Shown here piece by piece: positions 9,231 to 21,800 of a stretch of 64,000 nt of DNA. Each line of letters begins with the position of its first letter. The first letter of the stretch is position 1. The notes under the pieces are model-generated. The model ran no database searches, was not told where the DNA came from, and saw only the letters and a list, made by a program, of their open reading frames with translations. The translations under genes and the position numbers were made by a program. Source of the DNA: an uncultured delta proteobacterium (lineage in GTDB: Bacteria; Desulfobacterota; RBG-13-43-22); the NCBI GenBank assembly GCA_963843145.1, contig CAWJJC010000012.1:96001-160000 (forward strand), given 5' to 3'.

Positions 9231-9319
9231 AATTCGGAATTCGAAACGGTTATGTCTTGATCATTTTGATTTTGGACATTCGTGTTTGTTTCGGATTTCG
9301 TGCTTCGGATTTCGAATTT
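9231..9319. repeat. Heptamer-based (TTCGGAT/TTCGAAT) intergenic repeat, partial copy
   Basis: TTTGTTTCGGATTTCGTGCTTCGGATTTCGAATTT, nearly identical to the arm ending at 34569. Confidence 0.75.
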
Positions 9320-9349
9320 ATAGTATCTTGGTTAAGCAGGAGGATAATA

Positions 9350-9553
9350 ATGGCTGCCACGAAGTGGAGAAACGTTCATCTCTATCAATGCCCTTGCGGA
9401 TATGAGTACGAGCCGGAGAAAGGGGATGCGGAAAAAGGCTGGCGAGCCGGAACGCCTTTTGAGGATCTGCCGGAGGCCTGTACCTGCCCCAATTGCCAGC
9501 GGGCCAAGGTCCATTTCCGCGAAAAGAAATATTCTGTCCAGGTTACGGAATAA
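9350..9553 (+). CDS. Rubredoxin-like protein
   Basis: YQCPCGYEYEPEKGD..GTPFEDLP...CPNC; AGGAGG RBS. Confidence 0.85.
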   Translation: MAATKWRNVHLYQCPCGYEYEPEKGDAEKGWRAGTPFEDLPEACTCPNCQRAKVHFREKKYSVQVTE

Positions 9554-9650
9554 CGGGCGACATGCCTGGTGTCAAACCCTAAGGGGTCCAAAGGCCCATT
9601 AATTCTGGAGGCCTCAGACCTCCAACGCACTTGAAGAAAGGAAACTTCAG

Positions 9651-10277
9651 ATGGCGAACCCTACGCTGGAAATATTCTCCGATTACGCCTGACCGTGGTG
9701 CTATTTCATTACCGGGCGTATTGAAAGATTGCGGGCAGAGTATGAAATCGGCTTAAGGTGGACGGCTTTTCCCCTCCACCCGGAAACACCGGAAAACGGT
9801 CAAACCCTGGAACAGCTTTTCGCCGGTCAGGCAGTGGACTTGGATCAGGTGATGGTTCGTCTAAAGCTTGCGGCCCAGGAAGCGGGATTGCCCTTTACGG
9901 ACCGGACGATGACCTATAACAGCCGCCTGGCCCAGGAGCTGGGAAAATGGGCCGAGCGTGAGGACCGAGGCGACGACTTTCACCGTGCGGTTTTTCGGGC
10001 TTATTTTGCCCAGGGGACCAATATCGGGAAAGTTCGAGAACTCCTGGACCTGGTCCGTTCCCTTGGGCTTTCGGAAGCGGAAGCCGAAAGGGTGCTGCGG
10101 GAGAGGACTTTTAAAGAAGCGGTGGATTTAGACTGGGTCCGGTCGCGGGAACTGGGCATCCGGGCGGTTCCAACGTTTGTCCTGGACCGGCAGTCCCTGG
10201 TGGGCGCCCAGCCCTATAAGAAAATAACCGCCTGGCTGGATGCCGCCGGGGTGAGGAGGCGTGATAATGGAAAGTAA
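9651..10277 (+). CDS. DsbA/FrnE-like thiol-disulfide oxidoreductase, predicted selenoprotein (UGA 9690-9692 = Sec)
   Basis: MANPTLEIFSDYA-U-PWCYF is in frame with ORF 9729..10277 (FPLHP, GIRAVPTF, GAQP). The UGA falls at the first Cys of the CPWC motif. Confidence 0.9.
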
Positions 10278-11016
10278 ACGAAGACGGCAACCTGCTCCGG
10301 CCTGCGCCTCCTGCGACCAGCCCGTTGCCCGAAGAATTTGTTTCTCCGAAACGGGTCTGGGTTCGAAGGGCTGTCCGACCTTGGCTAAGAAAACCGTTCT
10401 GGAAGAGGCCAACCGGGAATATGAGCAGCCGGAGGTGCGGGAGTTTGCCCGCCAGGCCTCTATCCAGGAGGCCGAATGCTATGCCAATCGGCATGAACGC
10501 CCTTATGTCATGCAGCCTACTAAAACCCGGATAGTGGAAATCATCGAATTTGCCCGCCGGATGGGCTACCGGCGATTGGGGCTGGCGTTTTGTTTAGGCC
10601 TGGTCAAAGAGGCGGCTCTGGTGGAAGAAATTTTAATCGGGCAGGGCTTTGAGGTCATTTCAGCGGTTTGTAAAGCAGGTAAGACCCCCAAAGAAAAAAT
10701 AGGGATTAGGGAAAAAGAGAAAATCTATCAGGGGACTGCGGAAGCCATGTGTAACCCCATTTTTCAGGCCAAGCTGCTCAACGAGGAAAAGACACAATTC
10801 AATATCCTGCTCGGCCTGTGTGTGGGCCATGATTCTCTCTTTTTTAAGTATGGTGCGGCCCCCACCACGGTTTTGGCCGTTAAGGACCGGGTCACCGGCC
10901 ACAACCCCTTGGCGGCAATCTACCTTTCGGATTCCTATTACCGAAAAATAAGAACCGTCAAAAAGGACAAACCTGTAAAAAGCTCAAAAAAACCGTCATT
11001 GCGACCCCGGACATGA
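10267..11016 (+). CDS. DUF1847 metal-binding protein
   Basis: TRIVEIIEFA, LGLAFCLGL, CNPIFQA, GLCVGHD and KDRVTGHNP motifs. Confidence 0.9.
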   Translation: MESKRRRQPAPACASCDQPVARRICFSETGLGSKGCPTLAKKTVLEEANREYEQPEVREFARQASIQEAECYANRHERPYVMQPTKTRIVEIIEFARRMGYRRLGLAFCLGLVKEAALVEEILIGQGFEVISAVCKAGKTPKEKIGIREKEKIYQGTAEAMCNPIFQAKLLNEEKTQFNILLGLCVGHDSLFFKYGAAPTTVLAVKDRVTGHNPLAAIYLSDSYYRKIRTVKKDKPVKSSKKPSLRPRT

Positions 11017-11133
11017 TCCGGGGTCGCAATCTCCACTTTGGCAACAAGCTGATTCTTAGGGATGGCTTCGTCGTCACGCCTAAGGCGTGACTCCTCGCAA
11101 TGACATCTCGGGGGACTTTTGCGAAACCATCAG
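10995..11133. repeat. REP/MITE-like palindromic element
   Basis: GTCATTGCGA...TCGCAATGAC outer inverted repeat, internal hairpins (ACCCCGGA-catga-TCCGGGGT; GTCACGCC-taa-GGCGTGAC), ending GACTTTTGCGAAACCATC. Confidence 0.7.
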
Positions 11134-13577
11134 AAATCAAAAGGTCCTTTCAAGGTACTTTCCCCCGCCCACCTACCTTTCCGATAGCTAAAACGGATGG
11201 CCCCCTCCTGGTCGGTGCGCAGGATTTTAACGCCCTTGTCCAGGTAGCGACGGAGAATCTCGGGGTGAGGCACTGGAAAACGCACGGACCCCCGGGCCGA
11301 GAAAACGGCCCAGCGGGGGGCCAGGGCCTCAATGAAGGCCGGTTGGCTGGAAGTAAGGCTGCCGTGATGAGGAACCTGGAGGATCTGGCACGGGAGGAGA
11401 AGCCCGCGTTCCAATAAGCTGTTTTCCACCGGCGCTTCAATGTCCGCCGGCAACAGCACCCGCTGGCCCTGATAGTCGATTTGCAGGACCAGCGAGTGGT
11501 TGTTTTGGCCGTGCCAGTTAATGGTCTCGGATTCCTGAGGGGGCGCCGGGTCGGGGTATAAAATCCGGACGCGGACGTCGCCGAAATTTTTTGACCAGCC
11601 GGCCTTTGGTTGGAAGGTGGGGATTTTTTTCCGCTGGATCAGGTCTTCCAGACGTAAAAAAAAATCCGAATTCGTCCGCTCCCCGTTCCACCAGAATGCC
11701 TTGACGATAAATTTTTCCAGGATAAAAGGCAGCCCGTTGAGGTGATCGGGATGGGGGTGGGTCAAGACCACCGTATCCAGTGAGAAAATTTTTTTCTGCC
11801 GGAGAAAGGGGCTAACCACGCGTTCGCCCAGATCAAAGGCCGGATTGGGCGACCCGCCCCCGTCCACCAGCAGGTTTTCCCCGTCGGGGAATTCAACCAG
11901 GATGGCGCTGCCGTGCCCCACGTCCAGAAAGGTCAGGGTCAGGGGCCTGAAACCCAGAAAGGTTTTTATTTGGGGAAAGGAAAAGGTAAGCACCAGACCG
12001 ACCAGGGTGAACCCCAAGGCCCAAGGGAATCGGGGGATTATCCGCCGGTTGAAGAGGATGAACAGGGCTGAAAAATAGAAAAATATTTCCGGCCAAGAGG
12101 GCCGGGGGAAAGACATGAAAGCGCCGGGCAGGGAGGCAAAAAAATGGGTAATCTCCCAGGTCCAGGCCAGCAGCAGGGCGACGATTTGGAATAAGCCGGC
12201 GGTGCCCCAGGGAAAGAAATGGGAAAACCCTATGGCCAGGAGCCCCAGGGGTACGACGAAAACACCGGTCAAAGGAACGAGCAATAAATTACTGATCAGA
12301 CCGATAAAGGAAATCTGGTAGAACCACCAGGCGACCACGGGGAGGGTGGCCAATTGAGAGACCAGGGAGACGCAAAAAATCCCCCAAAGATAAAGCAGAC
12401 CTCGATAGCCCCAGGAGGGATCGGGTTTCTCCGGGTCCCCCTTGGGAGGCCATAGTTTAGGCAAAAGATAGCCGATGGCCCAGACGGAAATGAAAGATAA
12501 TTGAAAGGAAGGACGGAACAGGGAGGAGGGCGCCAAAAGCAACAGCAGCAAGGCGGCCAGGGCCAGATTATTTAACAGGTCGGATTGCTTTTTTAAAATC
12601 AGGGCCAGGAACACCAGAGTGACCATCAAAAGGGCTCGGGAAACAGGGGGACTCAAGCCGGCTAACAGGGCATAACCGGCTACCGGAACAAAGGACCCAA
12701 CCAAGGCCCAAAATCGGACGTTCAAAGACAACAGGACCGTTTCGGACAGACTGAGCAGATAACGAAAGAGGAAAAAAGCCAGACCGCCGACCAACCCGAG
12801 GTTCAATCCGGAAAAAGCCAGCAAATGGGCCACACCGGCCTGACTGAAGGCCTCCCGAATTTCCGGGGAAATTTTACTTTGGTCACCCGTCAGCAGTGCC
12901 CGGGCGATTCCGTTGAGCGGGGAAGGGATGTGGGCGTCGATGAGGGCATTGACCCGAAAACGGGCGGCCAAAAAGGAGAGCCTTTTCCCCAGCGTGTTGT
13001 TGGGACCGGATAAAACCAGGAGATCGGGCCGTTCCAGAAATCCGGTCACCCAAATCCCCTGGCGGGCCATTACCCTTTGAAAGTCATACCCTCCCGGATT
13101 ATGGTAGCCCTCAATGGGATGCAGTCGGCAGACGAATCGGATCGGGTCGCCTGTTTCCAGGTTATCCAGGGTACCGCTCACGGTTAAGAGGATCATTCCC
13201 TGGGTGGGAAAGTCTTTCCCCTGATAACGATAGGCACTCAGGCGGACAATCAATCGGGTCCGGTCCGGCGAAAAGGTCGGCTCCTGTTGGATGATTCCTG
13301 AAAATTGATGAAGCTCCCGGTCTACAAGAACGGCGGGTACCGTCGGTTCAGTAAAACGGGGCGAGAAGAACGAGGTCTGGCTGAGTCCAACGGCCAGGAA
13401 AAAAATTGTTCCCCAATAAAAGACTGAAGTCGGCCTAAAAAAATAAAGGAGACCAAGGACTACAAAAATAAAGATTAGAACGTAGGGGACATAAGGCACC
13501 CAACCGGATGGAAGGGAATCCCCCAGGAAGAGGCCGACCATGAAGGCCAGCACCAAAGGGATGGCGGGACGGGACAT
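11130..13577 (-). CDS. comEC: DNA uptake competence protein ComEC/Rec2
   Basis: Competence domain (GVAHLLAFSGLN) and metallo-beta-lactamase domain (DVGHG, THPHPDHLNG, PHHGS). Start taken at MSRPAIP. Confidence 0.92.
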   Translation of the reverse strand: MSRPAIPLVLAFMVGLFLGDSLPSGWVPYVPYVLIFIFVVLGLLYFFRPTSVFYWGTIFFLAVGLSQTSFFSPRFTEPTVPAVLVDRELHQFSGIIQQEPTFSPDRTRLIVRLSAYRYQGKDFPTQGMILLTVSGTLDNLETGDPIRFVCRLHPIEGYHNPGGYDFQRVMARQGIWVTGFLERPDLLVLSGPNNTLGKRLSFLAARFRVNALIDAHIPSPLNGIARALLTGDQSKISPEIREAFSQAGVAHLLAFSGLNLGLVGGLAFFLFRYLLSLSETVLLSLNVRFWALVGSFVPVAGYALLAGLSPPVSRALLMVTLVFLALILKKQSDLLNNLALAALLLLLLAPSSLFRPSFQLSFISVWAIGYLLPKLWPPKGDPEKPDPSWGYRGLLYLWGIFCVSLVSQLATLPVVAWWFYQISFIGLISNLLLVPLTGVFVVPLGLLAIGFSHFFPWGTAGLFQIVALLLAWTWEITHFFASLPGAFMSFPRPSWPEIFFYFSALFILFNRRIIPRFPWALGFTLVGLVLTFSFPQIKTFLGFRPLTLTFLDVGHGSAILVEFPDGENLLVDGGGSPNPAFDLGERVVSPFLRQKKIFSLDTVVLTHPHPDHLNGLPFILEKFIVKAFWWNGERTNSDFFLRLEDLIQRKKIPTFQPKAGWSKNFGDVRVRILYPDPAPPQESETINWHGQNNHSLVLQIDYQGQRVLLPADIEAPVENSLLERGLLLPCQILQVPHHGSLTSSQPAFIEALAPRWAVFSARGSVRFPVPHPEILRRYLDKGVKILRTDQEGAIRFSYRKGRWAGESTLKGPFDF

Positions 13578-13838
13578 GGCCGCTGCGGTTAAGGAGTTTG
13601 CAGATCTTCCGGATTCTTTCACAGCAGAATAGAAATAGCGAATAAATCCAGTGAAGTCAACAGAATAAGCCGGGAGGAACTTATTCTCCATCCGTTATCC
13701 GTGCGATCTCCAGATCTTCAGGAATCAACGCGGGGACAAGGGGATTATCCTCCGAGGGGATTTCTTCCCTGAATTCCGGCCGGACCGGATTAATCCGACC
13801 CGACCCCAGCCTTGCATTTGGGGAAGGAATCAATAATA

Positions 13839-15089
13839 ATGCTGATTATGCTGACGACCCAATTGATCATCAACCTGCTGCTGATCCTCGGCGCCGCTTG
13901 GGTCCTGGGCAGCGTCTTTGCCCGCTTCGGTCTCCCGGTAGTTCTAGGGGAAATGCTGGCCGGGGTGATCCTGGGTCCGCCCCTGCTGGGGCTGGTTACC
14001 GGTTCCTCCGCCATCGAACTCATGGCGGAATTCGGGATTTTTTTCGTCATGTTTTATACGGGTATGGAAATGGACCCCCGGGAACTCCTGGAGCATTTCT
14101 GGCAGGCTTTGACCGTGGCCCTGGGAGGGTTCGTCCTGCCTTTTGTCCTGGGCTATCTTGCGACCCGGGCCTTCGGAGGGACGGTATATCAGTCCCTCTA
14201 CGTGGGGATGTGCATCTCTATTACCGCCATCGCGGTTCAGTCCATCGTCCTGCATTCCCTGAAGATCAACCGGACGGAGGTGGGCCATATCATCATCGGA
14301 GGGGCCATCGCCGACGACATTTTTTCCCTGATCGGCCTCTCCATCCTGCTCGGGGTCTCCAAAACCGGAACCCTCCAGTGGGGCAATATCCTCTGGATCG
14401 GGTTGGCGGCGGCCGGTTTTTTCGGGATTACCCTGGCCCTGGGCCACTGGGTGGTTCCCCGTTTAACCCGGAGGCTGCACGATCGGGAGGGCAAAGCCTT
14501 CACCTTTGCCATCATGACCGCGTTGGTGATGGCTTATTTGGCCGAACTGGCGGGCCTGCACCTGATCATCGGCGCTTTTCTGGCCGGGCAGTTCGTCCGG
14601 AAAGAAATTATGGAGGAAAGCCTCTACCGGGTCATTGCCGACCGTTTCTACGCCATCAGCTACGGATTCCTGGTGCCGATCTTCATGGCCTCTCTTTCTT
14701 TTCACCTGCATTTTCAATGGGACTGGTTTTTTATCGGTTTTACCCTGGCGATAACCGCCATGGCCATCCTGGGGAAGCTGGTCGGCTGCGGGCTGGGATA
14801 TTACCTCTTCCGGCGCAATCCCTGGGAGGCCCTGATTGTCGGGCTGGGGATGAACGGCCGGGGGGCCGTCGAGTTGGTGGTGATTACCGTGGTGATCAAT
14901 CTAAGCAACCAGCTTCTCAGTCAAAAGACGCTTAGCCAGCCGCTGCTGACCGAAACGCAATTTTCGGCCCTCATTATGATGGCCTTCATCACCACCCTGT
15001 TTTCACCCCTGGCTTTGAAATGGTCCGTGCAGCGGACCTGCCTGCCTAACGAGAAGGCGGATTTCTGTCGGGTTTGGGAAAAGGGGTGA
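13839..15089 (+). CDS. Cation:proton antiporter (CPA2 family)
   Basis: PVVLGEMLAGVILGP, AIADD, GAFLAG and GRG motifs; many TM helices. Confidence 0.9.
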   Translation: MLIMLTTQLIINLLLILGAAWVLGSVFARFGLPVVLGEMLAGVILGPPLLGLVTGSSAIELMAEFGIFFVMFYTGMEMDPRELLEHFWQALTVALGGFVLPFVLGYLATRAFGGTVYQSLYVGMCISITAIAVQSIVLHSLKINRTEVGHIIIGGAIADDIFSLIGLSILLGVSKTGTLQWGNILWIGLAAAGFFGITLALGHWVVPRLTRRLHDREGKAFTFAIMTALVMAYLAELAGLHLIIGAFLAGQFVRKEIMEESLYRVIADRFYAISYGFLVPIFMASLSFHLHFQWDWFFIGFTLAITAMAILGKLVGCGLGYYLFRRNPWEALIVGLGMNGRGAVELVVITVVINLSNQLLSQKTLSQPLLTETQFSALIMMAFITTLFSPLALKWSVQRTCLPNEKADFCRVWEKG

Positions 15090-15563
15090 TCCTCCACTAG
15101 GGAAGAGCTTGCTGGCTTCCAGGCCTTCGGGGGAGACCCTAACCCGGGATCCTGGGAATCGGGCCTTAGAACAGCCCGGGGAAAAAGACCAGGGAGCAGT
15201 ATCGGGCTGGGGTCGGACCCAAAGCCGTTAACTTAAGGGTATTTCCCCTGCCTACTTTTGATAATCATTATAATGAGATGGAGGAACTGCCCGTTTTTCC
15301 AGAAAGGCAACATAGCGCGTCAATAACTCGGGTGGTATATTGAGCATGGGATGTTAACCGGAAGGGTGTATTTGTCCGATTTGGAATACTACACAGTTAG
15401 GAGCGAAGCCAAAATACTTCCTTTTGTCAATATCTTTTTTACATTTAAATCGATTCCATGGTACATTTCGGGAAAACTACTGGAGGGATCTGTTCCCTAT
15501 AAGGCTTTTTTCAGATTCTGGTCACCCGATTGCCGGATGGCGCCGAGTTTATAATGACAATGA

Positions 15564-15654
15564 CCTGAATCAAACGGATGGACCTGAGCGGCGGTCACGG
15601 TCCTCGACGATGGCTGGATGATTGGCCGCCGCCCTGTCATCCGCAACGTTCGGT
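15564..15654 (+). mobile_element. attC site 7
   Basis: CCTGAAT-CAAA-CGGATG(G)AC..GCGGCGGTCA..TGGCCGCCGC..GTCATCCG-CAAC-GTTCGGT, directly before the hicB RBS. Confidence 0.7.
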
Positions 15655-15664
15655 CTACTAGGAG

Positions 15665-15889
15665 ATGAAAATGAAGGGTGAATTCACAGCGATAATAGAA
15701 GCAGCACCCGAAGGCGGCTTTTGGGCCATTTGTCCTGAGGTGCCTGGGGCTAACGGACAGGGCGAAACTATAGAAGAAACCAAGAATAGTTTGCGGGAGG
15801 CTATAGAATTAATCCTCGATGACCGCAAGGCGGACATTATCCGTGGACTTCCTGAGGACGCCATCCAGGAAAAGGTACTGATTGGATGA
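15665..15889 (+). CDS. hicB: HicB family antitoxin (short form)
   Basis: GGFWAICPEVPGANGQGETIEE..LREAIELIL. Confidence 0.9.
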   Translation: MKMKGEFTAIIEAAPEGGFWAICPEVPGANGQGETIEETKNSLREAIELILDDRKADIIRGLPEDAIQEKVLIG

Positions 15890-16065
15890 GACGGCAGGAC
15901 TTGGAGCGCAAGTTGAGAATCGCGGGTTGCTACCTGAAGCGGGAAGGCAGCGCACATTCACTTTGGATCAATCCGAAAAACGGAGCAACAGAAGCGATTC
16001 CCCGTCACACCGAGATTAAAGAACCGTTGGCAAAGAAAATTTTGAAGAATCTGAGCGCAGAATGA
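15886..16065 (+). CDS. hicA: HicA family toxin (59 aa, below the ORF-track cutoff)
   Basis: MRRQDLERKLRIAGCYLKREGSAHSLWINP..IPRHTEI; ATGA overlap with hicB. Confidence 0.9.
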   Translation: MRRQDLERKLRIAGCYLKREGSAHSLWINPKNGATEAIPRHTEIKEPLAKKILKNLSAE

Positions 16066-16149
16066 ATGACCGTGGCAAGGGCCAAGCAGCATTTTATCCC
16101 CGACCAAATCCAGCATTCCACCCATCGATGTTATAAACGGGAACTCCTT
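16066..16149 (+). pseudogene. N-terminal stub of a RAYT-type transposase
   Basis: (V)ARAKQHFIPDQIQHSTHRCYKRELLL resembles the recalled MARxxRH..HxTHRC RAYT start; truncated at the stop codon of the murA fragment. Confidence 0.65.
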
Positions 16150-18127
<1,978 letters not shown>

Positions 18128-18203
18128 GCGGGCCACCTGTCTCCTGCCAGATCAACCATTCCTCAAGCAGGCCTCAAGTCAAATTCTGCCGACTTCTTCA
18201 TTA

Positions 18204-18226
18204 GCCGAGAATTTTGTATTCTCGGC
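18204..18226 (-). terminator. Hairpin between the two cargo genes
   Basis: GCCGAGAA-ttttgta-TTCTCGGC just after the stop at 18228. Confidence 0.45.
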
Positions 18227-18227
18227 G

Positions 18228-20095
18228 TTATCTTTTCATCAGGGGCAGATGCAATCTTGGCGTGAGGCTCGAATCGTCCGGCTGGCGCTCGACCGCGCCG
18301 ATGTCGTAGCTGCCGTCGGGCCCCGGGCGTGGCTGGCCGCGCTGATCGCTGGCGGGCGCATCATTGCCTACCACGCCGGCAATCGCCGGGCTGCCTTCAG
18401 TTTGAGCATGTGCACCAAGGTGGGGCCGCCATAGTTGCCCAGCGCCGTGAGCAGCGGGTCGAGACCATTGGGGTCTGTGGCCGTTGACCAGAGCCGGTCA
18501 GCGCGCAACTGTTATCGCTCGAGAGGCTGAACTTCGCTGTAGTGATTGTGCCGCTGCAATTGCCGCCCGCGGCACTATAGGCCAGGATCGTATTGGTCAG
18601 AATCGTTGAAACGCCTGGAGTGCCGCTCTGCATGAAGAGCGCGCCGCCTTTGGGTGCGGAATTGTTGCTCAAAGTCACGTTCAATAGCCTTAGGTCAAAA
18701 TAGTTGTAGAGGCCACCGCCCTGATCTGTGGCCGAGTTGCCGCTGAGTGTGGTATTGGTCAGTGTGGCCTGGCTGAAGTTGTACAGGCCGCCTCCCTTGC
18801 TTGCTGAATTGCCATTGAGGGTGGAGTTATTCAGTATCGCCGTGCCCCAGTTGAAAAGACCGCCGCCAGCGCCACCCGAGTTGCTGCTGAGGGTGACGTT
18901 GTTCATCTTCAGCAGGCTATTACCGTCATTGTAAATGGCCCCGCCGCGATTGTTACCCGAGTTGCCGTTGACGGTGACGTTGTTCAGCGTCAGCGTGCTA
19001 TTAGTGTTGTAAATGGCCCCGCCGCCGCCGTAACCCTTGTTGCCGCTGAGGATGACGTTATCGAGCGTCGCCATGCCGTAAAAACCAGCGAAAATGGCGC
19101 CGCCGTCGGTGGCCGAGTTGCCGTTGAATGTGCTCTGTGAAATGGTCAGCACGCCGAAATTCCGAATCGCGCCACCGGTCGCGGCGGTGGTTTGGGTGGG
19201 CGTCTGATTCGCATTGAGCTGGCTGCCGCTAATCGATACGCGTCCGGAGGTGGTGATGTTCAGGCCCCCGCCTCCGCCATAACCAATCCCATTGGCCGTA
19301 TTGCCGGTAATCTGGCTGTTGCTGATCTCGACTGTCCCGCCCACATCCAGCCCGCCACCATCATGGACCGTCGCATGATTGTTCCGAACCATCGTATTGA
19401 TCAGCGTAAGTGTTCCGCCGCTGTCGATGCCGCCGCCGTACTGCGACTGGTTGTTCTCGATCAGGCTGTTCTTTACGATCGTCGTTCCGTTGATGTCCCT
19501 CGATCGCTCCTCCCGCAAAGTAGCTCTGGCTGTTGCGAATCGTCACCTGGTCCAGTTCCAGCCGGCCGCCTTCGTTTAAGATGGCCCCACCCTGGGTCGG
19601 CTAATTTCCTCCCGCCGAGGCATTGCCATCCGTCAGGATGATGTTAGTCAGCGTCAGCGTGGCGTCTGCCGCCTGTAAGTCGAACAGACGGTTGACGCCC
19701 GCTCCCGGAGAGGGTCACCAGGTTGCCGCCATCAATCGTGTAGGAGCGGCCGGAGATGACGTTGAACCCGCCCGCCTGTGTGACGGTGATGACGACCGGC
19801 GCGGCGCCGCAACTGAACGTGATCAGTCCACTGCCGCTGTTCATGGCGCGGCGAGGCCTGTCCCCGTGCAATTCGTCACCGTCCCCGCCGCCTGTACCGT
19901 TGCCGTGCCGATCAGAATGAACCACAGCCCCAGTCCAATGAAACTACCAAACAAACTGACCATTAAGTCGCGCTTCAATGTTGCCTCCCAAAGCCATAAA
20001 CGGGAGCCCAGCGGTCGGTTCCTCGAGAGGACACGCTGTTTCACGACCAGGAGTCGGGGAAGTAACGGCAGTAAACGGAAGGTAGCTATTTTCAT
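18228..20095 (-). pseudogene. Multiply frameshifted polymorphic outer-membrane-like (GGAI/FxxN) beta-helix protein with choice-of-anchor Q
   Basis: ORF pieces 19841-20113, 19644-19925, 19361-19546 and 18397-19518 join into one protein ending DIGAVE..RLHLPLMKR*. Confidence 0.75.
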
Positions 20096-20377
20096 GAGTC
20101 CCCCGGTTGGCAAATGCCATAGCCCTCGTCACGGTAAGCGACGGGCGGGCACCTGCGGGTGATTGTGAGCTGCATGTGGATTGGATTCGGGGCCAGCGGG
20201 GCTATGAGTATCTCCCGTCCTTGGCCTATTATACAATTTAGGTTCATTCGAAAGGTAAGTCAATCAGAGAGATGAAATAAGGAAGCTCAGCCGCGTGAAG
20301 CCACCCGGTTTTACAACCGGTAATCCTTCCCCGGGATAACCGGCTTCAGACCTTTTTCAGGCATGATGCCCCTCCAT

Positions 20378-20535
20378 TAGGTGACGGCTGTTACTCCCCG
20401 GGCGTCGGAAATCGACAGCAGGTTTCGGTGGTCGTCATGGGTGTAATCCACCCTGGAGCCGTCTGGGAATTTTTCCCCGGTGGTCAATTCCGGGTCGTTC
20501 AACGTTAACTGACGGCCTGGCCGTGCCGGTTAGCC
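20378..20535 (-). pseudogene. Rhs/YD-repeat remnant
   Basis: Minus-strand frame reads KFPDGSRVDYTHDDHRNLLSISDARGVT, preceded by degraded NRHGQAVS*. Confidence 0.55.
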
Positions 20536-20537
20536 GC

Positions 20538-21800
20538 TCAACCTGTTTCCTTGATCCGTTCAATTTTGGCCCCCAGGGCGGAGAGCTTCTTCTCCAGAGT
20601 TTCATAGCCCCGGTCCAGGTGATAGACCCGGGAGATTTCCGTGATCCCCTCGGCCCGTAAACCCGCCAGAACCAGGGAGGCGCTGGCCCGCAGGTCGGTG
20701 GCCATGACCGGTGCCCCGTTCAGGCGGGAGACGCCCTTGACCACCGCCTGGTGGCCGGAAACCTGGATGTCGGCACCCATCCTTTGCAGTTCACTCACGT
20801 GCATGAACCGATTTTCGAAAATCGTTTCCTGGATGATGCTGGTATCCTGGCTGACGCACATAAGGGCCATGAACTGGGCCTGCATATCGGTGGGGAAACC
20901 CGGATAGGGGCGGGTGGTCACGGAAACGCTTTTTATTTTCCGGGGGCCGGAAGCCGTCAGTCCCGTCTTGTCTTGAGAAAACTCCACCCCGGTCTCTTTC
21001 AATTTCATGATCAGGGCCTCCAGACAGGAGCCGTCATAATCCGTCAGGGTAATTTCACCGCCGGTTATTCCGGCCGCCACCAGATAAGTTCCGGCTTCGA
21101 TGCGGTCGGGCATAACCCGGTAAGTGGCGGGATGCAGGGAAGGGACTCCTTCGACGGTGATGATATCCGTCCCGGCTCCCGCGATTTGGGCCCCCATTCC
21201 TTTCAAAAAATTGGCCAGGTCCACTACTTCCGGTTCCTTAGCGGCATTGGCCAGAGTGGTTTTCCCCTTAGCCAGGGTCGCCGCCATCATCAGGTTTTCC
21301 GTCCCGGTGACGGTCGGCAGGTCAAAGACGATTTCAGCGCCTTTCAACTGGCGGGCCTTGGCCTCGACGTACCCGTGTTTCAGTTCCAGGCGGGCCCCCA
21401 TCTGCTCCAGGCCTTTCAGGTGCAGATTGATGGGACGGGCGCCAATGGCGCATCCGCCCGGCAGGGACACCCGGGCTTTGCCCAGCCGGGCCACCAGCGG
21501 TCCCAGGACCAGGATTGAGGCCCGCATGGTTTTGACCAGATCATAGGGGGCTTCCCAGCCTTTCACCTGGGAGGTATCTAAATGCAGTTCGCTGGACGAA
21601 ACCTCTTCACATGAGACCCCCAGCCAGGAAAGCAATTTTTTGTGGGTGCGGATATCCCGCAGGGTGGGCAGGTTAGTCAGGGTTGAAATCCCTTCGGTTA
21701 ACAGGGCGGCGGCCATGATCGGCAAGGCCGCATTTTTTGCCCCGGAAAGGGAAACTTTTCCCTTTAAAGTCCGACCGCCGTGAATTAGAATCTTATCCAT
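20538..21800 (-). CDS. murA: UDP-N-acetylglucosamine 1-carboxyvinyltransferase
   Basis: [31 protein letters not shown] and HLDRGY motifs. Confidence 0.98.
   Translation of the reverse strand: MDKILIHGGRTLKGKVSLSGAKNAALPIMAAALLTEGISTLTNLPTLRDIRTHKKLLSWLGVSCEEVSSSELHLDTSQVKGWEAPYDLVKTMRASILVLGPLVARLGKARVSLPGGCAIGARPINLHLKGLEQMGARLELKHGYVEAKARQLKGAEIVFDLPTVTGTENLMMAATLAKGKTTLANAAKEPEVVDLANFLKGMGAQIAGAGTDIITVEGVPSLHPATYRVMPDRIEAGTYLVAAGITGGEITLTDYDGSCLEALIMKLKETGVEFSQDKTGLTASGPRKIKSVSVTTRPYPGFPTDMQAQFMALMCVSQDTSIIQETIFENRFMHVSELQRMGADIQVSGHQAVVKGVSRLNGAPVMATDLRASASLVLAGLRAEGITEISRVYHLDRGYETLEKKLSALGAKIERIKETG

Noticed and set aside
13898-14935. 345-aa alternative-frame ORF, and the many similar shadow ORFs over GC-rich genes
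   Set aside because: These overlap well-supported genes, have Arg/Gly/Pro-rich low-information composition, and show no motifs.
15257-15275. Fur-box-like TGATAATCATTATAA
   Set aside because: It lies within what seems to be a decayed coding fragment with no intact iron-related gene downstream, so it cannot be supported.
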